DNA from: Adineta vaga
Lineage: Eukaryota; Animalia; Rotifera
DNA length: 64,000 nucleotides
NCBI GenBank assembly: GCA_021613535.1
Contig: CP075494.1
Coordinates: 6,324,001-6,388,000, forward strand
Direction of reading: 5' to 3'
Positions 53,501 to 64,000 of the stretch are shown here, one piece after another (positions within the stretch are counted from its first letter, which is position 1; each line of letters opens with the position of its first letter). The notes beneath the pieces were generated by a model. That model was not told the origin of the DNA and made no database searches. It saw only the letters and a program-made list of their open reading frames with translations. The position numbers and the translations under genes are program-made.

Positions 53501-54987
53501 TCTCTTTATCAATTTGTGCAAAAATCCATTCGCTACGCATCAAATCGTATTTTTCTTCTCTCTCTCTCTCTCTCTCTCTCGCCACTTATGATAATAATAG
53601 TATTATATTGATCTATCTCGATGTGGAGTAGTAGGGTAATCTGTTGATGATATTTACAAATGTTGACATGAAATAGATATGTACTAATTATAATTCGATG
53701 AGAAATTTCTTTTCCGTCAGTTATGACAATGAGAAGACATTGATGACAGTTAAGGAAAAAACGTTAAGAATAGAATTCGAGATGAATTTATCATGCGCAT
53801 CAAAAGTAGAAGATTTTCAAGTAACGATGCATACATGATATGCAAACAGAGTTATCTTCAATTAAAGACATTCAACGATAGATTCGACAAACAGGGAATG
53901 CAGATATTGAATACATACTGTCATAATCGAGTCAATATCTGTTCAGAATTCGATGTTTGAACATCTTGAATTTACACATTTGTTCTTTCATGGAGGATAA
54001 ACATGCGATTAGTATTTAAAAGAAGATCACATTCATACTTGTCTACTAATTTCAAATGAAAATTTATCAACCGTAATTTAGTTCTTCTATTCATCAAAGA
54101 ACTTTTCAAGCATTAAATTCCTCACAGGATTAGAAAAAGAAGTTTTTTTTCACTTCCTACGTTCAAGTTAGGTTAAAAATCTAGATAGCAAATGATCTAA
54201 CTATTGACTACGAAAATAAAAGTTTCATTTCCAAGTAATTTATCGAGAAAATTTTCATTATTGACAATTATTAACATTGCTTTTTTTCTGCGCTATATTT
54301 AGAGTTTTATTAATTACACACTTTCTCTTATGATTCTATACTTAGCACAAATTATTTGCTAAACTATCGATTTTAACTTGAATAATAGTTTTTTGATCTC
54401 CGATATAAATAACGATCTTTTTGTTTTCATCGGAAACAGGTATATATTAATCTCCTAACATAATTCTTAATTATAATAAAACTTACCTACAAATCATTGA
54501 GTTTTCTACGGATAAAATAGTTAATTAATACATTATGATATAATGAAACTAAATTAAAGGATTTTTCAACATCCGCACACATCTATTCGCCATAGAATGT
54601 TGATTTTCTCGAACGAAGAAGATCAGACAACATCGAGATTAGAGAAAACTAATACACGAAGAAATAAGTTTTCTTAAACTAAAAAAATGATGCTAATTAT
54701 AAGATGTTCATTGCACTAGAATTTATTTAACATTTCTCTAATTCTCATACGTATGTATATATCATCTAAGCGGAATGAATTCATCTGCATTTAGAGAGTT
54801 CTTCCATAGAACAAGAAGAACGTTAGATTATCTTCGCAATTTTGAATCAATGTTCAATTAAATAGTTGAAAGTGATTCAAAAATGGTTAAGAATTTATTT
54901 CACGAATAATACTTAGAAGAAAAAAAGTTCATCAAAGAAATTTATGATTTAGTTCGATGTTTTACGTGAACGAAAGATTTTGTTTGA

Positions 54988-57831
54988 TTACTTTTTGCTT
55001 TTTCGTTGTTCATGTTTGGAAGATGTTTCTTCATCATCACTGTCTGAATCGTGTAGTTTGAAAGAAGTGATACCAGATGCTCCAGCAGGTTTTTCTTCAC
55101 GTGGTGGACTAGATTCACGCATATAACTCGATGATAAATTTTTATATCGATATAAATCTTCGGAATTTTTATCATCATAATGTGCAAGATTTGTTGTGGC
55201 AAAACCATAACTTCGTTTCGATTTTACTGATGATGGCAATACTAAAGAAGAAGCAGCACCAGAAGCAGGAGCATCACTTGATGACGCACTTTGTCCAGTA
55301 ATTAAACGTGACATTCGACTGAATAATGAAGGAGTTTCATTAGATTTTGATCCTGGTTTTATTGCTTCAACTTTACGACTTTTTGATGTTGCGACATGAG
55401 ATTTTAAATCACTACTAGCTTTATTCCAACGTCTAATGAAATAAAAAATAAACAGTATGTAGAGAGAAGGAGAAGAAAAAGGAAGTTTCGTATACTTTTC
55501 ATTAAAATCATCATCACCATCATCTTCTCGTCGAGCATGTTTCATTCGATTAAGATTACTCATATAAGCCATACGTTGTTTTTGCATAATAGGTTTTGAC
55601 CATTTTGAACGAATACGTAAGTCACCCTCTTCGTCATCATCTTCATCAAAGTCTACCCTAGAATAAATTTTATCTTTAAAAGAATATCCAATTATTTTAT
55701 ATTTGCTTTACTTACATCATTTCTGTTGCTGTACTTCGAATATGATTTTGTGCAATAACACCACGATATGCATTAACTTCAGCTACTTCTCGATTTTCTG
55801 TTGTTTCTTTCAATTGAGTTAAAACACGTAATGCTTTACTACCATCCACAGCTGTATAAACAACTTGTACTTGAAATGGTAATTGTTTTAATTGATCGAG
55901 ATCAATATTCCATTTATCTTTCAATTCTAAACAAATAATTTTGAATTTCTTATTTGAAACTATCGATATAACAAACCTTGTTTATTTCGAACACCAAATT
56001 CAAATGATACTTCTGTTTGTTTAGTTACATTACCAATTTCACGTTTGATTGTTTCAAGTTTTTCATCGGGATTATCAGGATTACGTATATACAGACCACG
56101 ATGAACGATTAATGTTGCTTCAACATTTGTTGCAATTACTTTTTGTTCAAGTATAGAAGCAAATTCATCTCGAATATTCAATAAATCAACTATAGTAACA
56201 TTGCCACTGGTACCATCAGCCTATAAAATGAAAAACTTCATATAAAAATTCAGAAATTCTTCTGTGAAATGATTATTTTACCATTTGACCGATAACAGGA
56301 AGTAAGCAAGCAGTACCTAGAAATAAATAAATCATGTATCAGATCAAAATGATTCATGTTTAAACAATTCAATTCGATTTAATTCGCTGAAGATTTCACA
56401 AACTCTATCGAACAGTATTTCATTCAATAATTACCTTTAATTGTGATTACACTAATACTAACACCTTTTTCTCGTGCACGTTCGGTTACTAAACAAAAGA
56501 AATTGATAATAGATCAATCGAACAAAAAGTCGAGAAACTAAAATCTTACATCCAGCATAGAAATGATTTCCGTCGGAGAGTGCTTGCATTCTTGCTTCTT
56601 CTTCAACTTTTTCATCTTGAGCTGTTTCTAAACTACCTAAACCTCGATTAGCCAAACCTAAGAAAGAAAACCAGCAATCATTGTAAGCATTATTCCAGAA
56701 AACTAAGTGATAAATTTACCATCTGTACAAATAACAACTTTTGATCCTTGTCGTTTTGATGCAATATTAAGGGCAAAGAGAACAGCTGGACCTAGTGCTG
56801 TTTGTCCACCTTCTTCAAGATCATAGATACGTTCAGTTAAATTTGTTTTTGTCTGAGCAACAGGTTTTAATTCATTATTTTGTTCACGTTCAGCTTCGCG
56901 TAATAAATCATCAACATTATTTAATTTATCACCACGAATAACTAATGGTTCAGTACGTGTACCATCACCTAAAATCGAACACGAATACAATCAATCGTGA
57001 TATAAAATAGAAAATCATCAACAAACCATAATAAGTGATTTCATGATTAAATGTTAACAATGCTGCACGTCGTGTTGGAGTATCTTTAGCAAGTTTATCT
57101 AAATTTGCATCAACAGCCATTTGTACACCTTGTAAACGTGATACATATGTTTGATGACGATCACGAATTAATCGTTCACCATCAAAATTAGCTGCTGCAC
57201 GGTCTTGTTGGCGTAAGGCATTGGGCAATCGAAATGTGCCTGGTACTGTTGTTGTTGATGACATTGAACCACTAATATCAACAACAAAAATAACAATCGA
57301 ATCATCCACACCAGTCATATCTGAACCATGAACAACAGGTGCTGGTGATATTAGATATGTTGCATCTTCTTTCTTTGGTAAATCTGTTTGTTCAATATCA
57401 ACAGTATTTGATTTCGAACAAAATTCACATTTCCATTTAGCTTCTTGATTTTCTTCCGTTTGAATTTGACTTAAATGTGAACCAATAGCGCGACATTCTT
57501 CACAATAAACTGGATCACCAGCATGCATTTCACCTGGTTGTAGTAATTGATTGAATTTAACATTCAATACGTTAGTATCAGCTTTTCGTAGACGTTTTTT
57601 GCGTTTATGAATACTCGCTGCAGCACTAGTTGGTTGGATAGCTTGTTGTTCCGCTTGCTCACTAAAATTCAATTCAACATTTTGAATCAATTTTAGTAAA
57701 TATATTTACCTTTGTGCGAGTAGTGCGAGGGGTGCTTGATGACGAGCATCCAAAAGTATTTCGTCATCATCCGAAATGGATTCATCCGATGAATGTGCAT
57801 ATTTAAAAACGTATTTCGATCCGAAATCCAT
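54988..57831 (-). CDS. Sec23/24-type zinc finger + VWA protein (circularly-permuted-Ras-protein-1-like; no Ras domain seen)
   Basis: MDFGSKYV start; GDPVYCEECRA...WKCEFC; FVVDISGSMS; YVSRLQ; GQTALGPA; ICTDGLANRGLGSL; LPFQVQVVYT..DG...LRV.T. Confidence 0.8.
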
Positions 57832-58256
57832 GATAAATTCTTAATCGTTAAAAAACAAGAAAATCAACTTTATAAATAACCGAATAAAATCCTTTTTTTA
57901 TGTTGTGTGCTAGAGTACCTTACTTGCTGTAAAAAGAAGAAAAAATGAGCGTGTAAGGAAGAAGAAAAAAACATTCGCCATTGTTTTTTCCCTGATGGTG
58001 TAATTCCGTGAGTCATCGACGATATTACACATCATAAAAGAAACATCATGTCATTACTTATTCATATTTGCTGGTAAAAAGAACAAAAACATTTTAGTTC
58101 TTCTTTCAATTATATTTTATAGAGAATTTCAAGTCAGTCATTTATTACTTGAAAAGTAAATACTACATACACACACGTAGACGTGGAAAAATACAAAAAA
58201 AAGGAAAGAAACATAAACAGGTGCATAGACATGAATATTGTGTTGTTAATAATCGA

Positions 58257-61179
58257 TTATTCATTTGTTAAATCAGGGATTAAATATTGTTTAGAAAATT
58301 GATGTAATTCATTGTTGATTTTGTCACCTTGTTTTTGAATTTTCTTTCCTTTATCCATATAAGATTTTAATTGATAGATTTCATTTTTTAAATCTTGTAT
58401 ATTATCAATAACATCATCTTTTTCTAAAGCAACATAACGAATAGTTTGCGCAAAATACATAGATAATTCTTGTTGAACTTGAGCACTCGCATTACCAGAT
58501 GTAAGATCAACAATTAATCGCATTTTTGATGATGCATAATCAGCATATTGACGTTTAAATGCACGTTCTTGAGCGTTTTTTGTCCACAATAATCTTTCAT
58601 AAAGATAAAAACTTCCATATACTCCTGCAATAACACCTAGCATTTTCCATCCGACACTTCGCCATATTAATGCACATGTACCTAATGCAAGAAAACTTGA
58701 TGTTGAAGTTAATTCTGTTAGATGAGTTGCAGTTGTTATCAAATCATTGGATGAATTTAAAAATGATGATGATTTATATTTTGTTTGTTTTTCATTTAAC
58801 ATAAAACGTTCCCATAGAGATGCTAAACTTAATGAGAATTTAAATTTGATATCTTCACGAAAATCAGAACAAAGATTTGAACAATCTAAACGATATGATA
58901 TAGCGAAATCAGCACGTGGAACAATTGCATCAACATATGCACGACGTTCGGCAGTAGTTAAAACAGATTTAACACGATCTTTAATTTCATTATGAACAGC
59001 ATCAAGAGCTGCATAGAGAGCTGTATGAAGACGATTTTGTAAATTTGAACCAAGACGTTCCTCAACCCAACGATGAAGATCTTGTTTGTAAAATGGAATT
59101 TGATCACGTTCAGTAGAAAATGGACGATCGAATTCTTCGATTAATGTGTAAAGACTATAAATGGATTAGAATTCAGTATATTTTTCTTTGAAAAAGACTT
59201 TTATCATAATGAGAATTTGACGATCATGCATTTTTCTATGAACTTACCGTCTGATTTCATCGTTCAATGTTTGTGCTACTCTTTTATAAACATCTTCTGA
59301 TACATGTCGAATTCTTTCTTTTGCTGAATCTGTCATTGATCGAAGTTCATGTTCAAGAAAAACATTCTTCTCTTCCATTTCTCGTAATTTTTCTTGACAT
59401 TCCTCTTTGATTGTTTGAGATTTATTAATTATATTCACAATTGTTTCACATAGTAACATAATTACTTCTTTTCCACGACTGGTATGTTGTTGAAATTTTG
59501 TTTGAACTGCTGTTTTTGAAATACATTTTTCAAATTCATGTTCGAATTTACTGAATTCTTGAAGACGCTCCCGATATCCTACGAGAAAAATATTGTTTTG
59601 CTTTTTCAATTTATTGAAATGAACTTTATCTTACCTTCGTTGTATCCACTTCGTGGTGAAGTAGTTGGATCTGTATTACGATTTAGGAGAGCTTCACGTG
59701 CTGAGATAAAAAACATTCGATTTTCGGACGCTTCTTTTCGATCACATAAATGCAATTCATCACAGAGAAATTCTAAACCACGATCAAGATGTTGTTGCTT
59801 TACCTAAAAGATATTACATAAATTCATGATTTTCTTTCAATACTATTTACTTACTGATTCTACCATTTCAGGTTCATTGGCTGTTGCATCCCATCGATTC
59901 ATTAAGATAAATATATTTGGATTTGATAAACGTTGTGCGACATTATGAAGAAATTTCTTTTCCTAATAATGAATTCGAAAGACGGCATTGTGGAAAGGAG
60001 AATAATGAATGAAGACACTTACTGATACAGTAATCGTGGATTCGGCAGATACGACAAGAATAAAAACATCAGCATCCAAACAATATTTTTCAATCCATTG
60101 ATCAAGATTAGTTGAAACATCAATACCAGGACTAGAAAATTTAGGATTCATCTATTGTATTGGAGAGATTCTTAAAATTTGGTATATTCAAGACTAAATT
60201 CAGTGTTAATTGCTAGATATATCTAATTGAAATCTCAAAAATCGAATGTCATTTCTATCGTATATGACGAATTATTCAATAAAATATTTACTTGATCTTA
60301 CCTGTCAACAAGTATAACATCATCTCTTATAAGACGACACTTCTCTTTTGGCCATAAAATTGTTACCAATGAATCAGAATCTAATTTTTCGCTTGATAAA
60401 GCATTACTTATACTACTTAAATTCTACAAGAAAATTCATATTTTTAAAATATTATTCTTCCAATCATTCTGTTACTTACATGAACACTTCTAGGTTCATC
60501 AGATCCTGGTATGAGAACTGCAGCTTCCATTTTATCTGTACCTTCAATCTAAAATTCAAAACAATTCATAATTTATTTTTCGTATTTAATATGTAAATAT
60601 AGAAATCTACTTGAAGAAAACAATTCGTTGTATGTCCCATTCCAACTGGTAAGATTCTTTCTCGTAACATTGCATTCATAACCGTACTCTTTCCATTACT
60701 TGTTCTAAAACAAATAATACTGAAGTTCCAACACATATCAAATCAATACAATCAATGAACCTTCCAAAAAACACGACTTTCATATGATCACGTGAAATAA
60801 TTGATAATATTCGATTGACTTTTTCTTTCAGTTGTTGAATATCTTTATATTTTTCGATGGTCAGTAAGTTTCGATTGGATTTCATAACATCTGTATAAAT
60901 AGAGAACAAAGAAAGATATCAATTCATTTCAATCAATAGTAATTGAACAAACCAGTTAAATAGAGATTTGAATCATTGACATACGATGCAATATTTTTAA
61001 AAATATCAGTTATTGTTGTTTTGGCATGGGTAAATAATTTTAACGGAGAATTACCATCTAAAAATATAAGCAAAACTATGTCTGATCGAATGAGTTGAAA
61101 GTTTTTAGTTACTTGTTGCATTATTCTGACGAATCGATCCAAATGAGACAGGTTTTTCTCGTATAATACTGCCCGACAT
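58257..61179 (-). CDS. MFN: Mitofusin (Marf/fzo family GTPase)
   Basis: [34 protein letters not shown]...[20 protein letters not shown]...[59 protein letters not shown]. Confidence 0.96.
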
Positions 61180-61781
61180 GGTGATTTATCTGAAACAAGA
61201 AACGCATTGTTCATTAAAAGAATGTCAAAACATAAATAGAACTTTGGAACTATCAAATAATCTAGATATGATACAAAGTACGAAGGTTTCAAATGTTAAA
61301 AATATCTCTGTAAGATTGAGAGTGATTGTTGAGTAAAAATGAATTGTCGCTTGTTTGATATATCGAGGTTAATAAGCGTCATTTTTTCATTTTCTGATGA
61401 AATTTAGTTAAATGAACGATAAGTTACCGTGAAAGAAATCAAAGTACAATCAATCAGTCAGAATCTAGATTTATTATTTGATAGTTTCTATCCAACGATA
61501 TTTGAAGGCAAGATGGCGCTCGTTTATGTATCTACGACAACATTTATCTTTTTTTCTTTTTATCATAAAGCAAACATTGAATCAATCTTTGAGGATCAAC
61601 TTGATTTGTTAAACATTTCATCTTTTCATAGACTCACATTGTATTAATATCAAATGTGATTAGCTTACAACAACATATAGATTAAAATAAGATATGAAGT
61701 TTTTAAATAAGGGAAGAAAATGGTGAATGCTTTGTTTATTGAATAGAATCTTCTATATGTAAACATTTCGTTTCGTTATTA

Positions 61782-62335
61782 TTATATTTGAACATTTCGT
61801 TTGCCACGATAACGTGGCATTGAACTTATTGGTGATTGATGAACATGATGATCATATCCATTAACATAATATCGACCTTGAGAATCTAACATTCGATGTG
61901 GATTTGATCGACTATTTGCCCAAAGTAAATTATGAAATGCACGTTTGCCAATTCGTGGAAAAAGAACACTGCGTTGTTCGATCAATCTTAAATCATTATT
62001 GCCATTTTCATCATTTGTTTCTTCGCTATTTGTATTAACATCGAAGAGATAAGAGAGATCTTCATCATCATATATTGAGCGGCCAATACGTGGAAATTTT
62101 GTTGTACGAATAAAACGATCATAAATTGAAGGAAGACTTAAATCCGATGGTTGATCAATAAGATTATTTCTTACTTCATTTGACTCAACAACATAAGCGC
62201 ACTGGAAACAAAGAATATTTTCAGTCTATTAGAAACAGTGCTTCGAAATTTACTTACCGATGATTTCAAGAAGATTATCATGACAATATAGCAGCAAGAA
62301 AGGATAATTGTTGATGATAACGATGGAATGAACAT
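61782..62335 (-). CDS. Neuropeptide precursor encoding FPRIamide peptides (PRXamide/SCP-like), intron 62202-62257
   Basis: Signal peptide, then R-TTKFPRI-GR, R-SVLFPRI-GKR and ...PRYR-GKR amidation/cleavage sites; TATATAAA upstream at ~62439-62446. Confidence 0.88.
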
Positions 62336-64000
62336 GATGATTAATTTTTAAAAAAGATTAAGAATTAATTTTATGATTTTATCTGTAAAAAAAAGTTAAC
62401 GAATAGACAATGTATGTGTATAGTAATTTCTGCTGGTCTTTATATACATAAATAACTTTAAGTAGTTATGGAAATAAGATTTTCATAAAGAACAGTCAAA
62501 AGTGTAGGAGGCACGAGAAACAATAGTCATATTGATGATGAAAAGACGGCGAAGAGAATGGAATCTTTGTTTCAGTTCGAGCAAATCATAGAAAGAACTG
62601 TCTTGCAAATCGGAAAGACAATCGATCGAGTGCAAAGGCATTGTTGCAGAGGTCGGAAACGTTAGGCGGACACATTTTTTCTTAATCAACTCAATTTTGA
62701 GGAAGTTCTGCTTGATGAATTATTGCGACTCTTGCCATTAATAAACCATCCCACACGATTTTCTTCTAAAATAAACACCTACCGAGAAGCTATTTAAAAA
62801 AGAAACACGTCATACGGAAGTCCTTTAAGCGAATGATTTTTTCAAATAAATATTCAAAGCGAAGAAAAACAGAAGAGAAGAATGTTATATTTATTACGGG
62901 TGGTATTTATTGAACTTAAAAAGAAATATGACAACAAAAATACAATTAAATATTGAATTGTTGTATTAGTACAATTCAGTTGTCGTCATCATGATTTCTT
63001 CTGATGATCAATCGATCTACCACACAATTTGAATTCGTGTAATTGTTGATAATATAAATTCATTTCCTTCCGATTATATAGCCTACGGATGGTGTGATTT
63101 CATTTGAAATATAGTACTATTAATTATGTTATAAACAAATCAAATTATAGAATTAAAGGAATGTCAATTTCAATCTGATATAGTATCATAATTCTTCCAA
63201 TGAGTCTGAAGAAAGAGACATTTTTTGTATTTTAAGTACGCTTGGTCTCTAATTGAAATGATATTCTCATCACATATAATTCTCGTTTCAAAAACAAAGT
63301 GATCAAAACAACAAATCTATCAAGTCATTCATAGTTATTGTCATACTTCAAAAACGAATAACTAGTATAGATGTACGTCAGTCAATACTAACTAAAACGT
63401 TTGTCAACACTACATAAATTGTGTACCAAACTTGTTTATCATTTCTTCATGTGAACAAAACTATTTGCAATTTCTTGCTTGAATATCCATTATCATCTTT
63501 TCTTTCTATTAACCCACACATATAATTTGGGCATCAAAATTTCAAGATTCTTTTAATAGTATACGTCAAAGACAATCGTATAGACTATTTTCAAATCTAA
63601 TTCTTTTTCATAACAAAAAATGTAACTATAAATTAATGCTCACATTTATCTGTAAACAATCTCAGTGACAATGTAACATCAGTTTTGCTATGATGTTGGT
63701 TAAAAGTACGTCATCAACTGAGAAAGAAAATGTTAAGCTATCTGTAACTTTAACATGAAGAGCAAATTCTAAGAGAGTTACGTTATTATCTTCGTTTTAT
63801 CTACTCGTAAAAGAATCAATGAGAACTAAGTGTTTCTATTTCAATATGTTTGACAAACTGTTCGGTATGATAATTAATTTTGCAGAAGTACAACGAATAT
63901 ACAAATCAATCACGAAAATAATCAGTAATTGAAAACTATTCAACATAGTATTATTACACAAAAAATAATGGGAAATGTATGTAAGTTGTCAGTGTACCAT

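Noticed and set aside
60933-61292. 119-aa ORF as the mitofusin N-terminus
   Set aside because: It reads through a 55-bp intron in the wrong upstream frame; splicing gives a start at 61179 ([10 protein letters not shown]...).

Overview
Eukaryotic, very AT-rich, gene-dense animal DNA with many ~50-65 bp GT-AG introns. Metazoan genes (GPR158-like GPCR, amidated neuropeptide precursor, p62, mitofusin) sit beside apparently fungal/protist-type genes, which best fits a bdelloid rotifer (inference). About 25 protein genes were hand-spliced. Recognisable genes: RPS23, ZFAND4, NSF, V-ATPase subunit e, MGST3, FEN1, SQSTM1/p62, RER1, USP36/42, a MARVEL protein, GPR158-like, a CPRAS1-like VWA protein, mitofusin and an FPRIamide neuropeptide precursor. 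Highlights: (1) an ~11 kb accessory island (16.3-27.4 kb) with three near-identical copies of a highly divergent cyclin-D-derived gene that the ORF track misses; two copies form a 1,222-bp-arm palindrome and the identity pattern suggests gene conversion. (2) A head-to-head pair of intronless orphan paralogues ending in Atg19-like LTW(D/N)D(L/I) motifs. (3) p62 nested antisense inside a FEN1 intron. (4) RER1 and FEN1 only 96 bp apart, with an operon-like spacer. (5) HGT candidates and secreted or low-complexity repeat proteins. All homology calls come from recalled family motifs; no database searches were run. No rRNA, tRNA, CRISPR array or intact transposon was recognised.
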